Part shown: piece after piece, positions 9,864-18,839 of the stretch
How positions within the stretch are numbered: the stretch's first letter is position 1
Layout: the number at the start of each line of letters is the position of its first letter
DNA from: a virus
Lineage: Duplodnaviria; Caudoviricetes
Length of the DNA stretch: 64,000 nucleotides
Strand: one strand, 5' to 3'
IMG/VR virus record: IMGVR_UViG_3300007171_000004
Coordinates: 160,001-224,000 of that record
Program-made: the position numbers and the translations under genes
The notes under the pieces: generated by a model
Told to the model about the DNA's origin: nothing
What the model saw: only the letters and a program-made list of their open reading frames with translations
The model's database searches: none

Positions 9864-10728
9864 AATACAAAAGTTAATTAATTCTGGAATGACGTTAACA
9901 GAGATTAAACAAAGATACGATTTAAAAGTTAACTTTGATTTAGATAGAAAGTTAGTGTGTTTCGATTATAGGTCTGTGTCGCCTCATTCAGAACTTTTAG
10001 TAAGACAAGCTAGAGGACTGATCCTTTCAACAGAAGATTGGTCTTTAGTAGCCAAACCAATGGAAGCTTTTTATGAGGATTACAGTAAGAATTCAAGACT
10101 GGACTTATTCGATTGGGAAAGTGCATATGCTATACCAAAATATGATGGTTGCATGCTTGAATTATATTACCACAAAAATGAATGGTGTTTAGGTACTAGA
10201 TTTGTCCCTTATGCATCTTGGCCAGTCTACACATTGTACAGCCCAACAAATACAGTTTCTTGGATTGAGTTATTTAAAAATACCCTAGTTGAACTTGGAT
10301 ATAGCTTTGACTCTTTAACTGCTGACTTAGACCCAAATTTTACCTACTGCTTTGAGGTATTTGGGAAAGTGAACAGAAACGTAGTGATTTATGAAAATAA
10401 TCAGCTAAAAGCAATATCAATCGTAAACAAAGAAAACTTCACAGAATCATGTATATTTGAGCATAAAATTTTGAATTCTAAATACATTAACTTAATTCCA
10501 GAACGAATCAAAGTAAACAATCTTTCAGAAGCATACAGTTTAGTGGAAAATCAAGATCCTTTAGAGATTGAGGGATATGTACTGATCGACAAAAATTTTA
10601 ATAGACTTAAGATTAGAAACCAAAAATATGTGGAAATACTTGAAGACTCTAATGGTAAAAATGAAGTAGAAGCTTTGAATACTTTCATTGCTTTAGACAA
10701 TCTTGGAATTACATTACCAGAACCATAA
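9841..10728 (+). CDS. T4 Rnl1-like RNA ligase
   Basis: ARGLIL, motif I PKYDG, TYCFEV (motif III), EIEGYV (motif IV), RLKIRNQKY (motif V). Confidence 0.8.
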   Translation: MRSILETEIQKLINSGMTLTEIKQRYDLKVNFDLDRKLVCFDYRSVSPHSELLVRQARGLILSTEDWSLVAKPMEAFYEDYSKNSRLDLFDWESAYAIPKYDGCMLELYYHKNEWCLGTRFVPYASWPVYTLYSPTNTVSWIELFKNTLVELGYSFDSLTADLDPNFTYCFEVFGKVNRNVVIYENNQLKAISIVNKENFTESCIFEHKILNSKYINLIPERIKVNNLSEAYSLVENQDPLEIEGYVLIDKNFNRLKIRNQKYVEILEDSNGKNEVEALNTFIALDNLGITLPEP

Positions 10729-10973
10729 TGAACAATTCAAGTTATCTAATTGCAAGAATAGCAAACATGGCTCAATGGGTAACAAGTGAATATTTTAAAA
10801 TGAAAGATTTACCTGAAGAGTTCAAGAAATTACATATATTAAATGAAATATTTCCAGAGTATGTAAATGGGATGGATAATGGATTAACTTTAACAGAAAT
10901 ATTTAAAGATACATCTGCTGAGGAAACTCTTAAAAGACTTTATAAGTTTGAAGAAATGATAAATAATAATTAA
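10728..10973 (+). CDS. hypothetical protein
   Basis: 81-aa ORF coupled to the upstream gene by TAATG. Confidence 0.65.
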   Translation: MNNSSYLIARIANMAQWVTSEYFKMKDLPEEFKKLHILNEIFPEYVNGMDNGLTLTEIFKDTSAEETLKRLYKFEEMINNN

Positions 10974-11168
10974 ATTTATGTAAATAATTACTGTATGATT
11001 TTAAGCTCTATACGTATGTATTCTTAATTAACAGTAAATAATTAACGTATGTATTATTACTACGTATTACATATTTTCTAATTTATATTGTTTATATTAT
11101 TCTAATATATATATGTATTCCCCTAGATTATCGGGTGTAAAAAAAACGAAAAAATTAAGGAGTTTGAG
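10974..11168. other. AT-rich spacer with short direct repeats
   Basis: ACGTATGTATT at 11012 and 11045; TATGTATT again at 11112; TAAATAATTA at 10981 and 11035. Confidence 0.5.
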
Positions 11169-11474
11169 ATGGACGAAAATAACATTGGTTTGAATGATTT
11201 GGATTACAAGACTCTTGAGAATCCTGACACAGGGTACAATACTGCTAACATGGTTGACACGACTGTTAATCCAGCTATTGAGAGTTTTGTTAATAGAGCT
11301 AAAATAAAGCCAGTAGGTAATGATACCGACACTGTACACACTTTCTCTGTTTCTTTCAAGGCAAAAGATAAGGTTTCTGAATCAAAGGTAATGGAAGGTG
11401 TTTTGGCAATTTGTGACGAGAACGGAATCGATATTGAAAAGTTCTCATGGCAAAAGAGTCAAGATAAAAAGTAA
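11169..11474 (+). CDS. hypothetical protein
   Basis: AAGGAG RBS; 101 aa. Confidence 0.75.
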   Translation: MDENNIGLNDLDYKTLENPDTGYNTANMVDTTVNPAIESFVNRAKIKPVGNDTDTVHTFSVSFKAKDKVSESKVMEGVLAICDENGIDIEKFSWQKSQDKK

Positions 11475-11477
11475 TTA

Positions 11478-12062
11478 ATGGACGAAGAGAAGATTAAATC
11501 GCTAAGAGCAACATTTACAACATCTTCAGCAAATGAGTTTCTAGCGCCAACAAAAAATAAATTTGGCCACACTGTTTTAAATAATTCAGATAATAACATT
11601 AATGAAGAAACTACAGAAGTAGAAATTGACTCTGAAGGTTTAGTCTCTGCAAATCCAAAGTATTCAGTATTTGATTCAAAAGAGTTCAATGAGTTTGCTG
11701 AAAAAATTATAAATTCAGAATCACAAGAAGATTTTGAAGAGGTAGAGCAAGTAGAAGTTAAAACAGTTGACTTAGCATCTCTTATTTCAGAACTTGATGA
11801 AATGGATGGAACTTCTAATAAATTTAAGCCTTATCAAAATTCAGATGGTTCATTGCAGATAGATCCTAATACAAGTATAAATTGGAGATATGACCTTACT
11901 AAAAGTTGTGCCAATAAAGATTGTTTGTATGATCTTCCTAAAGATGCTAAATTTTGTATGAAATGCGGAACTGCTCAGATGCCAAAGTTTTGCACAGAAT
12001 GTGGATATAGCTTTCCTGGGATGGAAAAATTCTGTCCTGATTGTGGAACTAAGCGCAATTAA
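11478..12062 (+). CDS. double zinc ribbon (DZR) protein
   Basis: Acidic N-terminus and C-terminal CANKDC...KFCMKCG...KFCTECG...KFCPDCG. Confidence 0.8.
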   Translation: MDEEKIKSLRATFTTSSANEFLAPTKNKFGHTVLNNSDNNINEETTEVEIDSEGLVSANPKYSVFDSKEFNEFAEKIINSESQEDFEEVEQVEVKTVDLASLISELDEMDGTSNKFKPYQNSDGSLQIDPNTSINWRYDLTKSCANKDCLYDLPKDAKFCMKCGTAQMPKFCTECGYSFPGMEKFCPDCGTKRN

Positions 12063-12063
12063 T

Positions 12064-12091
12064 ACAGGAAAAAGTATATCTATTTTTCAAT
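12064..12091 (+). promoter_or_regulatory. sigmaH-type promoter candidate
   Basis: ACAGGAAAA; AGGA-N18-CAAT (one mismatch to GAAT) in the spacer before the neck/tail genes. Confidence 0.45.
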
Positions 12092-12112
12092 TATTAATCA
12101 GAGGAATTTGAT

Positions 12113-12787
12113 ATGCTGAGATCCTGGTATCCATTAGCCAAAGAAGTTATATCTTTACGTAAACACATTTTAAGAGCAGATCTATGTGTCTGGATTGATG
12201 ACATTGATCAAAATACTAATGTAAATGTTTTAGACTCCCAAGTTAAATCCATCTTAATGGCTTCAATTTCAAAAGGTCTAGATATAATCGGGGTTGTTAA
12301 TACTACTGGACCTAATATTGGCTTAAGAGCTTCTATCTTGGCTAAAGAACAAAATCTTGATTTGACAGTATTAGCTGGTCAATCTTATAAAACACAAGAA
12401 GGGCAAGAATTATTTGTATATAAGCTTGCTAAACCTTTACCCTTAAATTTAACCCTAGATAAAGTTTGTCAATTAGCTCATAAAAACGGTGGATTTGTCA
12501 TGGCTAGGAATGCTGGCAAAAGAAAAATGCAAATCCTTAATAAATTAAAAGAAACTTCACAAAATTATCCTGATGCAGTTGAAATCTATAATGCAAATGC
12601 TGGTGGATATTTAGATATTGAAGTTGATTATCCTAGATTTATTTCGTCTGGAGCTACATCTGGCAATGATCTTGAAAGAATTAATGCTTACACTCTTATT
12701 GGAAGAAAAGATGCTACAGAGTTAGGTTTAATTCAGAGTGAAGAAGGCATTGACTATACACCTGATTATTTGGAGAATGTAAAATAA
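12113..12787 (+). CDS. degenerate PHP-domain protein
   Basis: RADLC..., GLDIIGV, VLAGQ, AHKNGGFVMA and DAVEIYN follow the PHP barrel pattern, but the metal-binding His residues are absent. Confidence 0.55.
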   Translation: MLRSWYPLAKEVISLRKHILRADLCVWIDDIDQNTNVNVLDSQVKSILMASISKGLDIIGVVNTTGPNIGLRASILAKEQNLDLTVLAGQSYKTQEGQELFVYKLAKPLPLNLTLDKVCQLAHKNGGFVMARNAGKRKMQILNKLKETSQNYPDAVEIYNANAGGYLDIEVDYPRFISSGATSGNDLERINAYTLIGRKDATELGLIQSEEGIDYTPDYLENVK

Positions 12788-13281
12788 TGGCACGATCTTA
12801 TTGTTCAGTTAATGACCTTAAAAAATATTTACCACCCAATGTTGTTGTAGAGGGAGATAATCCTACACCCAATTATAGAAATCCAGCACCAGAAACAGCA
12901 GCTAATATTGATCTTGAATACTATATAAATCAAGCATCTTCTGAAATTGATGCAAACCTAGCTGTACATTACGATATTCCATTAAAACAGGTGAATTTAG
13001 GCGGTGAAGTTAGCTATCCACACCCAATTCCTGTTATTTGTGCAATCATGGCAGCTAATTTATTTTATGCACAAGGATTACAAGGCGCAGACAGGCAATT
13101 CTCTGAAGCTCAAAAAGAGAGATTTGATTGGGCAATGAATGAATTGATTAGAATCCAAAATGGTGAAATGAGACTTTTTGGACAAAGAAACACCAGAGTA
13201 GATAGATTTGTTAGAAGTACCTTAAGACCTGTGCCTATGAATCCAACTGAAGGCAAGAGATCTAAGGGCAAGAATCAATAA
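12787..13281 (+). CDS. head-to-tail adaptor, Mu gp36/DUF1320-like
   Basis: SYCSVNDL...INQASSEIDANLAVHYDIPL...ICAIMAANLFY...AMNELIRIQNG. Confidence 0.75.
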   Translation: MARSYCSVNDLKKYLPPNVVVEGDNPTPNYRNPAPETAANIDLEYYINQASSEIDANLAVHYDIPLKQVNLGGEVSYPHPIPVICAIMAANLFYAQGLQGADRQFSEAQKERFDWAMNELIRIQNGEMRLFGQRNTRVDRFVRSTLRPVPMNPTEGKRSKGKNQ

Positions 13282-13291
13282 GGAATAAGCA

Positions 13292-14068
13292 ATGGTTGAA
13301 AGAATTTACGATACAATCAAAGCTTTAATATTCCATGAACTTCCTAAAAATGCTAATGGTTTTGCTGTAGTATTTGATAGACCAATATTAGGATGGTATT
13401 TTGGCGATAGAGATATTAAACCATCAAATTTATCTGTCATATTAAACAACACTTCTTCGCAAATTAAAGATATAGGCTTAGGTATTCAAGAATTTACATA
13501 CACAGTAAATATTTCAATTGATGCTGGAACTGATAATGTTGAAAACTCTGAAAGATTAGTTTTAGAAGCCAATAGATTAATTTTGCAAGCGTTAAGGAAA
13601 CATAGAAGAATGTGGGTTATGGAATTATGTCCTATCTGTTCTAAACTTCCTTTGACCCCAACTCATTACACCTTAGATCATGCTACGATTTTTAGTCCAT
13701 ATGTAACAACAGCTCAGAATAATTTTAATGCTTTATGGGCAGATTCTCACAGCAATGCATACCCAGCACCAGCATTGCCAACTTCAGGATTGGCTACAGA
13801 AGCATTTAATCTAGTGTATGATGCAGTAAAAAATAATTCAGCAGTTACAAATTTGACAACAGGTTCTAGAAATAACATTAAGCAACTTCAAGCCGATATG
13901 TGTGAACCTATCAGATTGCTTTATGATGTTCAAATAAGTGATGCAAAACCTTCAGAAGATTCGAGAGGGCAAGCTTTACTGAAGAGTGGCTCACTTACAC
14001 TTACTGCTAAAGAAATTGTAAAAATTACATCATTCGGTCCTGATAACGTACCAACAACAGCAGCTTAA
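13292..14068 (+). CDS. putative tail terminator/completion protein
   Basis: Follows the adaptor; FTYTVNISID...ERLVLEANRLILQAL pattern, with a CPIC insertion. Confidence 0.5.
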   Translation: MVERIYDTIKALIFHELPKNANGFAVVFDRPILGWYFGDRDIKPSNLSVILNNTSSQIKDIGLGIQEFTYTVNISIDAGTDNVENSERLVLEANRLILQALRKHRRMWVMELCPICSKLPLTPTHYTLDHATIFSPYVTTAQNNFNALWADSHSNAYPAPALPTSGLATEAFNLVYDAVKNNSAVTNLTTGSRNNIKQLQADMCEPIRLLYDVQISDAKPSEDSRGQALLKSGSLTLTAKEIVKITSFGPDNVPTTAA

Positions 14069-14070
14069 AA

Positions 14071-17000
14071 ATGAGTGAAATAAAAAGAGATGGTCTAGTT
14101 TTAATTACTAATACTTTCGGCAAATCTAAGGGTATTTTGTCGGATGCTTTTGGTACACTAGATAATTCTTTTAAGACAAGACTATTAGTAGAATCTGTTC
14201 TATGTAATCTTAAAGGTTCTATCGAATTTCATGACACTGATTATGCTCAAAATTATCTTAAATACAACACATCTGATAATTTAGGTCTTGGAATTATGGG
14301 AGCAGATTTTGTTCCTAAAAGACAAAATTATTTACCATTTACAACATTAACAGGTGATTGGAATCCTACAAAAGAGGGGCCACCAAGTACTGAAGGATGG
14401 GGAGTATGGAATTATAACGCATGGTCAGGATATCTACCAACATCAGGAATTTTAACGGCAAACTCTAGCGAACCTCCAACTACACCATCTCCATCTCAGC
14501 CTGATGGATATTTGAGATTAGCTTATGATTATCCAGTAAGATATGATGGTGCTAATTATCAAAGGGTCCCATTCTTTAGTTCTGCAAGATGGATTTCAAT
14601 TAAAAATCTTTCAGGAACAAATTTATCAAGTTTATCAAATACAGAAATTAAATTTGATATTCCGAAATCTACTTTTGATGGATGTTCTAATTTTGGAATT
14701 GATGATATTCCTAAAGATTTAAGATTTTATTCTCATCCTAAATTAGTTCAAAGTTATTCAAGTAATGTTTGGGAAGTAATATCAGTTCCTAATAGTTATG
14801 AACAATTATCTATAGTTAATTTTAAAGTTGAAATTAAAGATATATCCACCTATACAATTAGCTTAAATTTAAATATTTTTGATGGTGTTACATATTCTTT
14901 TACTAATAACAAATATTGGCATGTTGTAGCTTATTGGAAATCTAAGGATGTAATGCCAAGTAATTCTTATTTAAATCTTGCAACTGATTACATTGCTACA
15001 GATTTAATCATTGGAAATAGAAAAAACTTCTTTGATAAAAACATCCTAACAGCTATAAATTTTAATCTTACTGGAATAAATGATGTTAATAAATATCTCT
15101 ATTCTGATAACAAAACTCTATTCAAATATTTAGATGGAGAATTTTCTAACCCAAGCTCTCCATCTAGATATCTATTGACTGATATCCCGAATACTATCAA
15201 CAATTCTTTATCTGAATTAGGCTCTTTGAGAGATAATGAGTTCAAATTTGTAAACATCCTTACTTTGAATAATGGAGCTAATGGATTTACTCCGACTGCC
15301 CAATTTTTAATTCAACATTCCCCAGCAATAAGTGGTGAATTTATCGATAGTTTTGAAGAAAGCAGTTTTTATCCAGCATTTTCAAGTGATTATGATTTAG
15401 TAGCTAGAGCAATAATTACTAAGTCTGTTAATAAATATGGATTGGCAGAAAGTTCTTCGATTCAAGTTAAAAATGAAATAGTATTTTTTGAACAGATTAT
15501 TAAGAACTTTGCTAAAAATAAAGTTTCTGATGTAGATATAGCAGAGACAATTACTCCTGCGTATATAGCTTTTGTAAATGAATTAAGGCAAACAGATTTT
15601 AATGAATTAGTAGAATCTGGATTTTATGATTCTTTCTATACTGCTATTGATGGAGAAACTTATAATTTAGGGTCTTTGCCAGAAATTAAAACAGATACAA
15701 ATTACCAAAAAATAATTCACTATTTACTTAAAAAACCTACTCAAACAGACTTACAAAACGCTAATAATGCCGAACCTAAATCTATTCAATTTGATAAATA
15801 TGGCAGACAATCTATTTATGATTTGACATTTTTACAACCTTCTACTATCCTTGGAACCTTATATTCTAATAGACTTGAGATGTCTTCTGAATTAATTTCC
15901 ACTGAGGTTAATGTTGAAATTTATCAAGAACAATCATTTTTATGTGAATCTGTAGACCTTAAAAGTGCTGGTAATAAAATTGGCCAAGATTATACACTAA
16001 GATTAGAATTCCAAGACAGTTCAAAAAATATACTAAAAAAAGATCTTGGAATTATGGCTTCTAAATATTTTCTTTCTGATGATGATTATGACAAAAGGGT
16101 TGCTAATTCATTATCTACTATTGGCTATTTCAAGCTTTCAACTCTTCAGAATATAAATGATTTTAGATTACATGGATATGCTGCATTAATTCCTGATCTT
16201 GAAATGGGAAAGTCTCAAAAAGTACTAACTAAAGTTGTTTCGCCACCAGATTCGACTAAAATAACTGAAGAAGCTTTTAGATTAAATTTAGCTAACCAAG
16301 GATATACTGAAGAGCAAATTAATGAGGAAGTTTTAAAGTTCTTAGAAGATGGAGGAGAATTTTATGTTGTTGATTATTCTCAATATCCTAATACATGGGT
16401 TTCTCTTAAAAATTTGGCATTAACTTATTCTGAGTATACAAATTCAATTACCCCATATTGGAAAAACAATTTGCCTCAAAGATTTGGTTATAAGCCATTA
16501 CAGACAGATGACCCAGCTCCGTTAATCGAGAAAATTGTGGCTGATTCTTTTACTATAGCTGAAACTGGATATACTCTTTCAAATATATCTGAATTAGAAA
16601 ATCATGGCAATCAAAAAACAGCTATTAATGATGTAAATTTAAATAATGCTCTTGGTGGATCTTCATTATTACTTACAAAATATACTGCAATCAAACTGAA
16701 TCCTCAAATCAATTCTTCATTACAATTTACAAAAATAAATCTTAAAATTACACTAGATTCTGGTAAGACTAAACTGTTAAATGAGGATGTTGCTGAAATA
16801 AAAACTCATATTTATTCAAGCGTAAATAACTTACCAGCAGAGAATCTTAAATCAGGCACTTCGGTAACTTTTGCAGATTTAACGACATCTTTTGCAGCAT
16901 ATGAATTTAAATTAGATTTTGAATTAAACAGCAATAATGATTATTGGATTGTTATAGAACTATCTTCTTTGCCAATTGATGGAGATATTTATTTAGAAGT

Positions 17001-17970
17001 TTTAAGTTCAGGATCTAATATAGCTCAACCTAATACTAATGATGAGTGGGTTTTAGGCACAGGAACTTCAGTGATAAATTGCTATAAAAAGCCTGTAGAA
17101 ATATTTGGAGCTTTTAATAGAGATGAATCTAATGTTCTTGAATATCTACCTCCGCCTAATCAATATAGAAGTTCCGGTCAATTATATTATGTAGATGGAT
17201 ATGCTTCGTTTACATGCAAAAAATTCGAATCACCAAAAGTTTTAGCATTTTATCCTAGAGCATTTGTTAACAATTCTTCTGCTTGGCAATATGCAGCTTG
17301 TTCTAACGACATTTATGTTGCAATTAGATATAAACAAAACAATAGGGTTATTTCTGAAACAAAAAAAATATTCAGTAAATCTCCTAAATGGCGAACAAAA
17401 TGGTGGCAAAAGAATCAAGAAAACTATCATATTATTAACGAATTAGATGAAGTTTTATTAGATGTAGTAGATTTTGAAATTAATTACCCAAATGCTAATG
17501 ATCTTTTAGATAATAATGCAACATATTTAAATTCAATCACTACAGGATCTTTTGTGCCTTTATTTAGCGAAACATATACATTTAATTTTGCAGTCACTGG
17601 CGGATTGAGAGTGTATATTGACAATGTTTTAGTGATAGATCAATGGAATAATATAATTGATTCAACTTTTACTTTTTCAAAAACATTATTGACAACTCAA
17701 GAATATAAAATTAAGTTAGAATTCAGTTACACAAATCTTACAACATCTGGTTCAGCAATTAAATATATAGCTAGATGGTCTTCCTCATCTCAGTCTTTAG
17801 CTTTAATTAATTACAACTCCGCTTTTAATCCAACTCTAAGTCCAGTTTTAATTTCACCAGATCCTATCGATAGTCTTTTGTATTTAAGAGTTGGCAAAAG
17901 CTTAGAAGAATTAGATACTCCAACAGATGGTGCTCCTCCAGGGGACAGAATTGTAATTAGGACAGTATAA
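14071..17970 (+). CDS. large virion protein with C-terminal PA14 domain
   Basis: 1299 aa; GSFVPLFSETYTFNFAVTGGLRVYIDNVLVIDQW...YKIKLEF is the PA14 signature. Confidence 0.7.
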   Translation: MSEIKRDGLVLITNTFGKSKGILSDAFGTLDNSFKTRLLVESVLCNLKGSIEFHDTDYAQNYLKYNTSDNLGLGIMGADFVPKRQNYLPFTTLTGDWNPTKEGPPSTEGWGVWNYNAWSGYLPTSGILTANSSEPPTTPSPSQPDGYLRLAYDYPVRYDGANYQRVPFFSSARWISIKNLSGTNLSSLSNTEIKFDIPKSTFDGCSNFGIDDIPKDLRFYSHPKLVQSYSSNVWEVISVPNSYEQLSIVNFKVEIKDISTYTISLNLNIFDGVTYSFTNNKYWHVVAYWKSKDVMPSNSYLNLATDYIATDLIIGNRKNFFDKNILTAINFNLTGINDVNKYLYSDNKTLFKYLDGEFSNPSSPSRYLLTDIPNTINNSLSELGSLRDNEFKFVNILTLNNGANGFTPTAQFLIQHSPAISGEFIDSFEESSFYPAFSSDYDLVARAIITKSVNKYGLAESSSIQVKNEIVFFEQIIKNFAKNKVSDVDIAETITPAYIAFVNELRQTDFNELVESGFYDSFYTAIDGETYNLGSLPEIKTDTNYQKIIHYLLKKPTQTDLQNANNAEPKSIQFDKYGRQSIYDLTFLQPSTILGTLYSNRLEMSSELISTEVNVEIYQEQSFLCESVDLKSAGNKIGQDYTLRLEFQDSSKNILKKDLGIMASKYFLSDDDYDKRVANSLSTIGYFKLSTLQNINDFRLHGYAALIPDLEMGKSQKVLTKVVSPPDSTKITEEAFRLNLANQGYTEEQINEEVLKFLEDGGEFYVVDYSQYPNTWVSLKNLALTYSEYTNSITPYWKNNLPQRFGYKPLQTDDPAPLIEKIVADSFTIAETGYTLSNISELENHGNQKTAINDVNLNNALGGSSLLLTKYTAIKLNPQINSSLQFTKINLKITLDSGKTKLLNEDVAEIKTHIYSSVNNLPAENLKSGTSVTFADLTTSFAAYEFKLDFELNSNNDYWIVIELSSLPIDGDIYLEVLSSGSNIAQPNTNDEWVLGTGTSVINCYKKPVEIFGAFNRDESNVLEYLPPPNQYRSSGQLYYVDGYASFTCKKFESPKVLAFYPRAFVNNSSAWQYAACSNDIYVAIRYKQNNRVISETKKIFSKSPKWRTKWWQKNQENYHIINELDEVLLDVVDFEINYPNANDLLDNNATYLNSITTGSFVPLFSETYTFNFAVTGGLRVYIDNVLVIDQWNNIIDSTFTFSKTLLTTQEYKIKLEFSYTNLTTSGSAIKYIARWSSSSQSLALINYNSAFNPTLSPVLISPDPIDSLLYLRVGKSLEELDTPTDGAPPGDRIVIRTV

Positions 17971-18839
17971 TGGCTCAACCCTCATATGCTTCAGCTGTTT
18001 TACTTAATAATCTTGTAATCCAGTTAAATGTGATAAAAAATAGCATTGATTATGTAAATGCTTTGAAAGAATACGCCCTTGCCAGAACCGATACTGATAG
18101 AGGTTTAATTTTAGGTTATGGTTGTGCTATCGTAGATAAGAAAACACAAGCTCAAGTAAATTCTGACATTGTTCTCGCTAAAGCTTTAGTTAGTTATAAT
18201 TCTGGAACTAATTTTACTACAATTAACTCAACTGAATATTATGCAAACTTATTTACACCCTTGAATAACGGTAATGTTTATCAAGATTGTTATGCGGTCG
18301 GAACTGTGTATTTAATTTCATATGAGAGTGGTGGAATTCAATATAGTTTTTATTCAGATTTAGTAAGAGGATCAAATAATAATGGATCGCCTCTCTTGTA
18401 CTCTAAAGACATAAAAATTACAGAGTTGGAAGATTTAATTAATGAAAGAGCTCTTAGCTACGCTCCAATACCTACAGGATATACGAATTTAAAAACTCTT
18501 CCTATTTATTCATTTATAATAGATATAGATTATTACAATGGTGATCTTATTAAATCAATTTATAGCGTAAAATTTTATGATATTAGGAAACAAAGGGGAG
18601 CTTTTGGATTCATTGATGAGGATATGAATGCAAGACTTACTCCATCCATTATCAAAACGGAAAAAAGCTTAAATAATCAGTATACTAAAATGTATGACTC
18701 ATTAATTAAAATTTTAAAACCATGGGTATTTAATGCTAGTTGGAGTCCATCGTTTGCTCAATATTGGCAAAACGCATCTAAACCAATGCCAGTAGAGCTT
18801 AAGAATTTTATATTTACAGAATTAGGTGTAGTAATATAA
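17970..18839 (+). CDS. hypothetical virion protein
   Basis: 289 aa, coupled to both neighbours by TAATG. Confidence 0.65.
   Translation: MAQPSYASAVLLNNLVIQLNVIKNSIDYVNALKEYALARTDTDRGLILGYGCAIVDKKTQAQVNSDIVLAKALVSYNSGTNFTTINSTEYYANLFTPLNNGNVYQDCYAVGTVYLISYESGGIQYSFYSDLVRGSNNNGSPLLYSKDIKITELEDLINERALSYAPIPTGYTNLKTLPIYSFIIDIDYYNGDLIKSIYSVKFYDIRKQRGAFGFIDEDMNARLTPSIIKTEKSLNNQYTKMYDSLIKILKPWVFNASWSPSFAQYWQNASKPMPVELKNFIFTELGVVI

Noticed and set aside
10974-11168. CRISPR array or tRNA in the spacer
   Set aside because: The repeats are only 8-11 nt and irregularly spaced; no cloverleaf or T-loop motif was seen here or elsewhere by eye.
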